A stretch of 64,000 bases of DNA from a virus, in the IMG/VR virus record IMGVR_UViG_3300005689_000056, positions 35,462 to 99,461 of that record. One strand, given 5' to 3'. Every line of letters begins with the position of its first letter. The stretch's first letter is position 1. The translations under genes were made by a program, and so were the position numbers. Shown one piece after another: positions 38,988 to 46,938 of this stretch. The notes under the pieces were generated by a model that was given only the letters and a program-made list of their open reading frames with translations, did no database searches and was not told the origin of the DNA.

Positions 38988-39221
38988 ATGAAATGGCTGC
39001 AGAACGTTGTTATGTTCCGCTACTCTGTAGATCGGGAGCGGGCACGCGACATCATCAAGTTGGCTGAGGAGCGTCGCGCACCCGGCGCTGGGTGGCGTGG
39101 TATTTCAGAAGAAACCATGAATAGCATTCTGGACGAGACCGCGCTTGAGTACCTGATGAAGCTATCGGACGAAGAGGCCGAAGAACTCAACCGCGAGAAC
39201 AGCCTGATTGTTCGGCAGTAA
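38988..39221 (+). CDS. Hypothetical protein
   Basis: GGAGGT RBS. Confidence 0.65.
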   Translation: MKWLQNVVMFRYSVDRERARDIIKLAEERRAPGAGWRGISEETMNSILDETALEYLMKLSDEEAEELNRENSLIVRQ

Positions 39222-39250
39222 TTCTGCAATCGATTGCAAAAGGTACCGAC

Positions 39251-39508
39251 ATGGAATCACGCACCTACCAGACACTGCAGGGCCATAAGTTGTGGCCTTG
39301 GTATAGCATCCGCATCGAAACGAGGGGCGGGTCAAAGCATGTGACGTTTTGCTCCCGCGTACATGTGAATACGGAAGTAGAGGTGGGTTTCTGTTACGAC
39401 GCCTACCAATTCTCGGACCACCAGATTCTGGCAGACCGTGATTTGATGACGTGGGTAATCAACCGATACGGTGTGTCTCTGTTCGACGGCGATGTTAGCG
39501 CGGGGTGA
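39251..39508 (+). CDS. Hypothetical protein
   Basis: AAGGT RBS after a palindrome. Confidence 0.6.
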   Translation: MESRTYQTLQGHKLWPWYSIRIETRGGSKHVTFCSRVHVNTEVEVGFCYDAYQFSDHQILADRDLMTWVINRYGVSLFDGDVSAG

Positions 39509-39514
39509 TACAGA

Positions 39515-39715
39515 ATGACCAATCAGACATTAACCAAACCGCACATCAGGATTCTGCGTAGCTCAGGGGCGGTGTACGAGTGCCAGCTACCGGGCGGGGC
39601 GGTCACTGGATGGGGCGATACACCCGAGCAGGCGTATAAGAACTGGGCGGAGATGATGCGTTCGCAGTACGGCACATCGAAACCTGCCCGGCGGGGGGAT
39701 ACCTTATATCAATAG
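39515..39715 (+). CDS. Small hypothetical protein
   Basis: GGGGTG RBS; GWGDTPEQAY. Confidence 0.6.
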   Translation: MTNQTLTKPHIRILRSSGAVYECQLPGGAVTGWGDTPEQAYKNWAEMMRSQYGTSKPARRGDTLYQ

Positions 39716-40044
39716 TAAATCCCCCGCTACTGCTATGTATGCGAATAAGTGGGCGGGGGGCATATTAATAATCCTATATATTACTGTTACTCTGTCTTAC
39801 ACGATCCCCTCTGGCCTGACTGTTTTCTGCTGCTGGCACAAATTTAAAATGTGCTATATACAATTCGTGCTGTTCTGCTATTGTGCTGGCCTACCGTAAG
39901 TTACTGATATTGTTGAAAATTATGTGCTGGCACAGGTCCGCATCAACCTACTGGTGCTGTTCGTGAAGCCTGTAATGTGGTGCTGATTACTGGTGCTGAG
40001 TGCTGAAACGTGGTGCTGCTGGCTGCTGAAATGTGGTGCTGCCG

Positions 40045-40127
40045 TGGTATATACTGTTGGTGCCTCATGGTATATACTGTTGCGGTTTATGGTATATACT
40101 GTTGGGGGTTTATGGTATATACCGTGG
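40045..40127 (+). repeat. Four direct repeats of TGGTATATACTGTTG, period 22-23 bp
   Basis: Copies start at 40045, 40068, 40090 and 40113 (last is TGGTATATACCGTGG). Confidence 0.9.
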
Positions 40128-40136
40128 AGAAAAGTG

Positions 40137-40388
40137 ATGGCTTTCAAGAGTGATGACGGGGTTAAAGTACGTAAGGTTTTGTTGTCTCTGGATGAAGAAA
40201 CCATAGAAGTGTTTCGTAGTGTTGGGGGAGGTAATGTGAGTCTAGGTGCTCGTATGGTTGCTAAAGGACGCCCCCGCAAAAAGGTGCAGAAGAGTTTAGA
40301 GGAGCGCTGTGATGAGCACTTCGAAAAGCTGGGGGTTAAACCATCGTTGGTTGCTAGGCGGCGGTGGATGCACGATAACGCTGATTAG
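40137..40388 (+). CDS. Ribbon-helix-helix-like DNA-binding protein
   Basis: GGAGA RBS; RKVLLSLDEETIEVFRSVGGGNVSLGAR pattern. Confidence 0.6.
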   Translation: MAFKSDDGVKVRKVLLSLDEETIEVFRSVGGGNVSLGARMVAKGRPRKKVQKSLEERCDEHFEKLGVKPSLVARRRWMHDNAD

Positions 40389-40457
40389 TTTGCAATCGAT
40401 TGCACGAGGTAAGATAGGGGCTCTTAACCACCCCGCAACTCATACAGGAGTTCTACC

Positions 40458-40832
40458 ATGAACGACCAGAACAACGAAACTGATGCCGTCCCGTTTCGCT
40501 CGGCGAATCGCAAGTTCTATGACCACGTGTGCGCGTTCCTCGAAGAGAACGGTTACTGTGTCGTACCGTTCGCCACGTGGTTGGATATTCGCGGTATGGC
40601 TTTTAACCTTAGCCGTATCCACGCGATCAAACTGCTCCGCAATCAGGCGTTCTATACGGAGAAGAAGACGGTCATCCTGCCGGAGGATTTCACCCGCCTG
40701 CCGAATCGCGCTTTCGTGCAGTACACGTTCAAGTATTGTGCTACCGAGATCGTGACGCGTAGGCTCTCACTCTCTGACGCCAAATGCATCATCGACTTGT
40801 TGATCTACAACGAGGACGCGTTCGGTAAGTAA
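40458..40832 (+). CDS. Hypothetical protein
   Basis: CTCATACAGGAG leader. Confidence 0.7.
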   Translation: MNDQNNETDAVPFRSANRKFYDHVCAFLEENGYCVVPFATWLDIRGMAFNLSRIHAIKLLRNQAFYTEKKTVILPEDFTRLPNRAFVQYTFKYCATEIVTRRLSLSDAKCIIDLLIYNEDAFGK

Positions 40833-40897
40833 TTCTGGCGGGGGGAGATGTACCCTGTCTCCCCTACAATAAAGGTTCTTAAACAGGAGGCCACATC

Positions 40898-41158
40898 ATG
40901 AAACTGAGCGCACTCAAAAAACTGGTAGCAGACATGGAGGAACTGACCCTCGACCGTGACCCGGATGTCCGCTTCTACATCACCCGCAACGAGGCTGAAC
41001 GCGAAGCCGGTCCCAAACAGTCTGCTCACTTTATCGAGATGGAGCCACATGCCAACACCTCCCTGCGCGATTGCGTGGTTGTCGTGCAGTACCCCGAGTT
41101 GATCCCTGATGTAGGCGACTTCTCCATCCCGATGACCCTCCTCAACGTGTATCGCTGA
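40898..41158 (+). CDS. Hypothetical protein
   Basis: ACAGGAGG RBS; terminator follows. Confidence 0.7.
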   Translation: MKLSALKKLVADMEELTLDRDPDVRFYITRNEAEREAGPKQSAHFIEMEPHANTSLRDCVVVVQYPELIPDVGDFSIPMTLLNVYR

Positions 41159-41163
41159 TCACG

Positions 41164-41183
41164 GGGGCGAAAGCCCCTTTTTT
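41164..41183 (+). terminator. Intrinsic terminator
   Basis: GGGGC-GAAA-GCCCC-TTTTTT. Confidence 0.85.
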
Positions 41184-41369
41184 ATTGTGTCTAAAATATT
41201 GTGCTGGCACCGCGCCACCATAACCTACTGGTGCTGTATCGTACCTCCCGCACCCTGCTGCTGGTGAGTGGTGCTGAAGTGGTGATATGTGGTGGGTTAG
41301 CCGGCAACCTGACGCGGGCGGGGTACTGACCTTACGCCATAATGGAACCCTCACAAAGGAGAACGCACC

Positions 41370-41558
41370 ATGTACGAAGCCCGTATCTTTCTTATCGATG
41401 AACAAGGCACCCGTGACCTCTTCACCAATCGCGTTTTTCACGGCGAAGACCGCGATCAAGCGGAAGACCGCGCCTGCAAATACCTCAACGATACCGACGC
41501 CGACAGCAAGGTCGGTGAGGAATGCGTTTTCGATATCGTCGTTTCGGCGAGGCACTGA
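41370..41558 (+). CDS. Hypothetical protein
   Basis: CTCACAAAGGAG leader. Confidence 0.7.
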   Translation: MYEARIFLIDEQGTRDLFTNRVFHGEDRDQAEDRACKYLNDTDADSKVGEECVFDIVVSARH

Positions 41559-41632
41559 AATGCAATTGATTGCACTCACCGCGTGGGGCGCGCTCGTCTA
41601 TTACGCGTTCTACACCTTCTGAGAGGTACATC

Positions 41633-41818
41633 ATGGAACACTGCACATACTCTGAGTTGAAGCGCAGTACTCTGTGGTACTGGTTCTTGATCTATAAACT
41701 TTACGTTGATGGGGTCTGCATGGATATAAAGGCGGGGGTGATGGATGATTTCGGTAACTTCTACCCCCTGACATATGGTAAGACCAGTATGGTTCTGCGT
41801 CCGGGAGATGGCAGTTAA
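41633..41818 (+). CDS. Hypothetical protein
   Basis: GAGGT RBS. Confidence 0.55.
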   Translation: MEHCTYSELKRSTLWYWFLIYKLYVDGVCMDIKAGVMDDFGNFYPLTYGKTSMVLRPGDGS

Positions 41819-41873
41819 CCTGCGGGGCTTCGGCCCCAAAATTCTATACTGGCACGTGCGCCGTATAACCATA

Positions 41874-42011
41874 GTGCTGCCTGAGCGCTGCGTAGCGCTG
41901 GTGACTGCTGCCGAGTGCTGGTGACTGGTGAGTGCTGGTGGTGCTGATGGGTGGTGGCACTGGTGCTGACTGACTGCTGCTGGTGGGTGGCTCCAGACCG
42001 TTGGTGCCCTG
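41874..42011 (+). repeat. CTG/GTG-saturated non-coding tract
   Basis: About 31 CTG/GTG triplets in 138 nt; GCTGGTGG at 41934 and 41979; similar tracts at ~39950-40045 and ~41227-41295. Confidence 0.8.
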
Positions 42012-42055
42012 CCCCGGACCTATCCAGACGGGGTAGGTCGCGCACCCATTTCGGG

Positions 42056-42102
42056 TTATCCACATATCCACAGGAAACGCCACCCGCGCGAAGTTATTCA
42101 CA
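42056..42102 (+). promoter_or_regulatory. Cluster of DnaA-box-like 9-mers
   Basis: TTATCCACA 42056, ATATCCACA 42064, TTATTCACA 42094. Confidence 0.6.
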
Positions 42103-42190
42103 GGTCGAGATTTTGCAACCGATTGCAAGACCCATGCCAATTTGTGCCGCCATGGCGAAGAAAAAGTTTTCAGATAATGGCTAAGAATCC

Positions 42191-42219
42191 TTTACATGCA
42201 CCTATTCATAGACTACTAT
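42191..42219 (+). promoter_or_regulatory. Sigma70-type promoter
   Basis: TTTACA-17 bp-TACTAT. Confidence 0.6.
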
Positions 42220-42338
42220 TCAGTTGTCGCAGGTAAGGCGGCTACCCCTAGATTCACGGGCGAGACCAAACGGCTAACTACCGAATGGCGCGAGAGCGGA
42301 AAACGGAAAACGTAGCACTCTTTCATAAAGGAAAAACC

Positions 42339-42794
42339 ATGAGCACCCAAAAGCAAACCCAAGTTCAAGCCCAGACCCAGACCCAGACCACCGCGAAGGC
42401 GAAGGCGAAGGCGAAGGCGCCCAGCAAGGCGCAACAGGTCGCAGCGAAAACAGCAGCAGTTGCGACGAAAGCGGTATCGGGCGTAACCCTTGAACAAATT
42501 GCAGTATTGTCAGATATCGCGAAGCGCTTTATCGCTCGGGGTATTGAGTACCATGGCAAGCAAGGGAGCATCCAAAAAGCCGATGGCCGCATAACGGCGA
42601 TTGGAAAACTTGCCAACCGGGCAATCAAGGATAAAGAAGCGATTCTAAAATCGCTTCATACGGGATGCGATACCCCACAAGGCGGTAAAATGGTCCGGGT
42701 CGCAGGCGGAAAATTCCCGTATCAGTTGCAAGACGCCTACCTCGTAAGCGGTCGCGCGGATTCGCAGGCAGTTTTCTCGCTTCTACTTTCCTAA
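42339..42794 (+). CDS. Basic hypothetical protein with QT/AK repeats
   Basis: AAGGA RBS; hairpin follows. Confidence 0.75.
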   Translation: MSTQKQTQVQAQTQTQTTAKAKAKAKAPSKAQQVAAKTAAVATKAVSGVTLEQIAVLSDIAKRFIARGIEYHGKQGSIQKADGRITAIGKLANRAIKDKEAILKSLHTGCDTPQGGKMVRVAGGKFPYQLQDAYLVSGRADSQAVFSLLLS

Positions 42795-42844
42795 TCTAAT
42801 CGCCCCGATCAAACGGTCGGGGCAAGCCTACAAAGGGGCGCACC

Positions 42845-43204
42845 ATGAAAACAGACATCAAAGGCAAGATTTACTCCATCCGCTATATGAATAGCATGCG
42901 CCTATGTCGCGCGCAGTCAGCAGAGCAAGCGCGGCGGATCTTCGCGCGCTCGATTAATTCAGAGGTTGCCGATGGCAGGCGCCATGTCCGGATCAGCATT
43001 GAACAGGTCCGGGTCTATGCCGGCAGCCTTTCCGATATCGCACAGTCGGGATACGATGCGGCATGCCGCGCGGATCTCGAGCATGTAACGGCTTCGCGCG
43101 AGTTGCGCGCAATGCACAAGCAATCGTACTTTAATTGGGCATTGAATCCGAACGAAGTCAAACGGGATAAGGTAATGGGCAAACTTGCGCGGCTCTTCGC
43201 GTAA
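42845..43204 (+). CDS. Hypothetical protein
   Basis: AAGGGG RBS; hairpin follows. Confidence 0.7.
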   Translation: MKTDIKGKIYSIRYMNSMRLCRAQSAEQARRIFARSINSEVADGRRHVRISIEQVRVYAGSLSDIAQSGYDAACRADLEHVTASRELRAMHKQSYFNWALNPNEVKRDKVMGKLARLFA

Positions 43205-43265
43205 CGCAAGCGCCCCCCAGTCGAAAGGCAGGGGGGGCATCTTCCTATACAGAGGAAAAACAACC

Positions 43266-43367
43266 ATGATCAAATCGACCTTATTCATCGTTGGCGGGTA
43301 TCTCTCTTTCATCGCGTATGAATTCCATGCCGCGATACAAGCCATTGCGGATTTGATGGCGCGATAG
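43266..43367 (+). CDS. 33-aa hydrophobic peptide
   Basis: GAGGA RBS. Confidence 0.55.
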   Translation: MIKSTLFIVGGYLSFIAYEFHAAIQAIADLMAR

Positions 43368-43381
43368 CCTAGGCAATATCC

Positions 43382-43425
43382 ATGCCCGGTCTAAAAAATC
43401 GGGCATAGAATTTTTCTATTTTTTT
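43382..43425 (+). terminator. Probable terminator
   Basis: ATGCCCGGT..ATCGGGCAT stem followed by T-rich tracts. Confidence 0.55.
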
Positions 43426-43704
43426 ATGTAGGTACGTGCTGTCACTTTTTTCTACATACCGAGTTTTTGAATGACTATATACAATTCTTGCCTTTGATCC
43501 CTCAATGATCCCTCAACAAGTTTGCAGGTCGTAGCAGGGAACCCATCTAGCCGAGCGCACAGGTAAAACACGGTTTCGTGCGGGGGAGGGTGGAGTCGTT
43601 CTCTACTTAGTATTTACTTGCGGGCGCCCCTATACAATTCTTTACCCACTCTACGATGATTCGTGACCTTGTCGTATGCGGTTTTACCTACGATATTTCT
43701 GGTA

Positions 43705-43733
43705 TTGAAGGTATATACAATTCTTGGTATAAT
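43705..43733 (+). promoter_or_regulatory. Sigma70-type promoter with extended -10
   Basis: TTGAAG-17 bp-TATAAT with TGn; TATATACAATTC box in the spacer. Confidence 0.7.
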
Positions 43734-43796
43734 GGCCGTAATAGGTATTGGGTTGATTTTGCAATCGATTGCAGTTTCTTGCGAGTCGGGGGAGGT

Positions 43797-45260
43797 ATGG
43801 CTAAGCGGATCAAGGTTGTGCGCGGTAGGGTTGGGGAGGGTGTTGGGGGTGGGGAAGTACAGTACCCGGAGCATGAGTCGTATGTGGCTTATCGTGGGGA
43901 TTTGTATGTTGTGGTTGGGCATCGGAAGGACATTGGGTTGGTGCAGGTGCGGAAGTGGCATGCGCAAGGGGTTGCCAGCCAGATGGTTCCGGTGTCGGAT
44001 GTCGCTCGGGTGAGTTTGTATTGGGTGGAGGCGTACATCGAGAGGTTTGAGCGGGCGCTTGAGGGGATGCGGGGTTGGTGTCGGAGTCGCCGTAATCAGA
44101 GGGCTAGCGAGGAGGTTTATAACAACCTTGTGGCGTCACTGCAGCAGGACGGCACGCAGGACTTGGACGGCGGGTGGGCCTCTCTGTTAGGTTCTGTGGA
44201 CGTTGCGGATAATGGTGGGTCGGCGGCGTTGTTGAATATGGATTATGCTGCCATCGAGAATAGAGTAATGGCGCATATCGATGGCTTGCCATTATTTTCA
44301 GATATCGGCGGGCGGGCCTCTACGGCGGGCACAGCGAGACAGGCAGCGCTAGGCATGCTTCGTACCGTTGGGGGCGGATTTCCTGTTGATATGCAGGACT
44401 TGGTAGAGGCGTTCAGGACGTACCGTACGGTGATGTACAAGTTGGCGAGCGAGGCCGGGTACCGTATAGGCATCGCGCTGGGGTCGGATGTAGCTACCCT
44501 GAACCAGCAGGCGGGCGTGTTTCGCATCCTACAGATAGATGACGACGCAGACGGTTTTCGCACGCAGGTGGTTATTGTCCGGGCGCACGCTCTTGAGTAC
44601 ATGTTTGACCTTGGCTCCAGCACGGCTGCACCACTTACAGGGATAGCACGTGGGGTCATCGTGTATAGAACCTCTGGCGATGATGTAGTTGCAGCTAGAG
44701 GTGTGTATCGCGCGCTCGACACCGACTACATCCATATGGAGGCAGAAACCTACGGTGGAGTTCCGTCTGTGCCTCGCGAGATACACAGAAGCGCTATCCT
44801 CGGATACTACATCGCCAAACAGGACATACTGTACGCCGAGTCGCTACCGTCGCTAATAGGTAAGCGCGTGAGTATGCTCGTACATGCACCCGAAGAAGCA
44901 TATAGCAGCGTAGGGACGGTTACGGGTGTAGTTCTGGGCATGCCCGGAAACGATATGCGTGTGCGGACAGACCAGAGTGACTACTCTACGTTCGTCAGCC
45001 GCGATAGGATACACCGTCTTACGGTAATGGGGGATGCGGTAGTGGATGCTAACCATGCCTTAGTAAGCTGGTCGGTGCGTTCAAGACTCGGTATGAGCGA
45101 CACTCCGATAAACGTGACGTATATCGATAGCGCTCGCGTAGTTACTACCCTACCTGCATTACGAGTCAGCCATACTGCCGGAGCGGTAAGCGTTGTGGAG
45201 GCAGGTACTAACGATGAGCCTGCCGCTATACCTCGTAGCAGCTTGATGATGGTGAGGTAG
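43797..45260 (+). CDS. Hypothetical multidomain protein
   Basis: GGAGGT RBS before ATG 43797. Confidence 0.75.
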   Translation: MAKRIKVVRGRVGEGVGGGEVQYPEHESYVAYRGDLYVVVGHRKDIGLVQVRKWHAQGVASQMVPVSDVARVSLYWVEAYIERFERALEGMRGWCRSRRNQRASEEVYNNLVASLQQDGTQDLDGGWASLLGSVDVADNGGSAALLNMDYAAIENRVMAHIDGLPLFSDIGGRASTAGTARQAALGMLRTVGGGFPVDMQDLVEAFRTYRTVMYKLASEAGYRIGIALGSDVATLNQQAGVFRILQIDDDADGFRTQVVIVRAHALEYMFDLGSSTAAPLTGIARGVIVYRTSGDDVVAARGVYRALDTDYIHMEAETYGGVPSVPREIHRSAILGYYIAKQDILYAESLPSLIGKRVSMLVHAPEEAYSSVGTVTGVVLGMPGNDMRVRTDQSDYSTFVSRDRIHRLTVMGDAVVDANHALVSWSVRSRLGMSDTPINVTYIDSARVVTTLPALRVSHTAGAVSVVEAGTNDEPAAIPRSSLMMVR

Positions 45261-45335
45261 CCAGTGAGCGGCCAGATACGGGGCATGATTCGTATGATTG
45301 GCTTGGAAGTTTGGTAGACGAGATTAACGAGAGAG

Positions 45336-45668
45336 GTGCAGATCGTGACAGCCCGGGTACAGAGAACACGGACGGTTGAATGGCGCGTGCATTGGGTTGA
45401 TTCCGGGCAGGACCGCGTCTGTTATATAGGTAGATGGCAGGTAGGGCGGGTAGTTCGCCGGGTGGCGCATAGAAGGGTTACCTACGTAGCGCACTTCTCA
45501 GTGCCCGGCATCCACGGACCTGTAGCGACTGAGCAGGATCAGCAGGTAGCAGCCATGAAGTTGATGGCGAAAGTCAAAGAATGGTTAGGAGGCTTGAGTG
45601 ACGATCCGCCGAGTATTGAGGACGAGAAAGAAAGAGCCAGAACCCGCCGAGTCCGCGCCGCCAAGTAG
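45336..45668 (+). CDS. Hypothetical protein
   Basis: Packed ORF. Confidence 0.5.
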   Translation: MQIVTARVQRTRTVEWRVHWVDSGQDRVCYIGRWQVGRVVRRVAHRRVTYVAHFSVPGIHGPVATEQDQQVAAMKLMAKVKEWLGGLSDDPPSIEDEKERARTRRVRAAK

Positions 45669-46005
45669 TGCCGCGAGCGTAGGCCGGGTGCGTCGGGTTC
45701 GGTCGGGGGCTAGAGAGGTAAAACCCCGATATGTCGTGGATTGGGAGGCGTCTTGGGGGGCTAAGTTGCAGCTATATCTCATGACTTCCTTCCTGTACTA
45801 CCAGATGAATAGGAGCGTGATAACCAACGACGACTACGACAGGTTGTGTAAGGAGTTACTGGCTGGGTGGCGTACCGGCAAGCACCAACACAAGCACTTG
45901 GTGACTGCCGACGATCTACGCGCTGTCACGGGGTATGCTATTGAATACCCTCGCATGGTTATAGGCGGGGCGATGACGCTGTTGGATAGACATCAGGAGG
46001 TATGA
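45598..46005 (+). CDS. Stand-alone NAD-dependent ligase domain Ia-like protein
   Basis: AGGAGG RBS; YYQMNRSVITNDDYDRLCKEL resembles the LigA Ia motif. Confidence 0.6.
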   Translation: MTIRRVLRTRKKEPEPAESAPPSSAASVGRVRRVRSGAREVKPRYVVDWEASWGAKLQLYLMTSFLYYQMNRSVITNDDYDRLCKELLAGWRTGKHQHKHLVTADDLRAVTGYAIEYPRMVIGGAMTLLDRHQEV

Positions 46006-46431
46006 ATGTTCGAAGAAGTGAAGGAAGGATCGCCGGTATGGGAAGCCGCGCAGACTGTGCGGGAGTCCCTACGTAAAGACGTGGAGCCTATGGTTCAGAC
46101 GTGGGAGGATCTGTACAAGCTCGTTCGCGATAACGCCTCAGCCGCACAGGCCGAGCCAGTCATCTTCATCGCCATGGGCGCTATCGCGCTATCTACCGCG
46201 CTGGTCATGGCTCTCAGAGATATGCCCGAGGAGGGGGACTGCAAGGTTATTCTCGCCAAGACGTTCGATTACATGGTGTTCAGGCCAGACATTATCGGTA
46301 TCGATTTCTTGGTTACAGCCGTCACTACCGCCAAGCTGGCGGAGTTGGCTAAGGTCTCTGAAACACTACTAAGGCACGCGCAGGTGGCAGAGGACAGCGA
46401 GCCGCCGAAAACCGGGAGGGTACTACATTGA
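46006..46431 (+). CDS. Hypothetical protein
   Basis: AGGAGG RBS. Confidence 0.7.
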   Translation: MFEEVKEGSPVWEAAQTVRESLRKDVEPMVQTWEDLYKLVRDNASAAQAEPVIFIAMGAIALSTALVMALRDMPEEGDCKVILAKTFDYMVFRPDIIGIDFLVTAVTTAKLAELAKVSETLLRHAQVAEDSEPPKTGRVLH

Positions 46432-46685
46432 GCGAACAACTAGACAAAGACTACGGCAAACACTATCGGTTCTCCTACCGTGGGTTGAAGTTGGACCCAT
46501 ACCGTGTCATGTCGGTGTACAAGATCACGCATCCAGCCCACCAGCACGCCATCAAAAAACTACTTCGTGTGGGGGCGTCGGTCAAGGATCTACGCCAAGA
46601 TATCGAAGAAACCATCGTAACCCTTAAACGTTGGTTGGAAATGATGGACGAGGACGAGCCTGCAATCGATTGCAAAAAGGAGTAG
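46428..46685 (+). CDS. DUF3310-like phage protein
   Basis: LDPYRV..HAIKKLLR.G..KDLRQDIEE. Confidence 0.55.
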   Translation: MSEQLDKDYGKHYRFSYRGLKLDPYRVMSVYKITHPAHQHAIKKLLRVGASVKDLRQDIEETIVTLKRWLEMMDEDEPAIDCKKE

Positions 46686-46689
46686 CGCA

Positions 46690-46938
46690 ATGGCTAAAGA
46701 TAGAAACATCAAGGTGCGTCATCACTCCAGCGATGGTGTTAAATACACGAGATCGTATTCGTCGCTGGAGAACGCTATCGCTACCAGCACGCGGATGGCG
46801 CTCATAGTCGGTCGGGTCAAGGACGTGTGGGAGATCTACCATGCGGTAACCAGCATGCAGATCGGTACCATCAGAGTGACAGCGCAGGGCTCGCTCAAAA
46901 CCGGGTGGGTTTGGGATGGTGAAGATGTCAAGGCGTAG
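46690..46938 (+). CDS. Hypothetical protein
   Basis: AAGGAG RBS. Confidence 0.65.
   Translation: MAKDRNIKVRHHSSDGVKYTRSYSSLENAIATSTRMALIVGRVKDVWEIYHAVTSMQIGTIRVTAQGSLKTGWVWDGEDVKA

Larger units (their letters stand above)
23322..41856 (+). promoter_or_regulatory. Dispersed intergenic motif AAAAT-N4-TRCTGGCAC
   Basis: Copies at 23322, 23962, 27722, 39916, 41193, 41838; core only at 39831. Confidence 0.75.

Noticed and set aside
40045-40127. Mini-CRISPR array linked to the Cas4-like gene
   Set aside because: Repeats are 15 bp with 7-8 bp spacers, far too short
23334-41865. Sigma54 promoters at TGGCAC sites
   Set aside because: The required TTGC at the fixed -12 spacing is absent
29413-42794. 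Paralogy between ORFs 29413 and 42339
   Set aside because: Only a weak I.YH..TA.G resemblance and shared low-complexity N-termini
42339-43367. Simple Leu-CTG/Val-GTG codon avoidance as the cause of the triplet gap
   Set aside because: The triplets are also missing across codon junctions and in the intergenic parts
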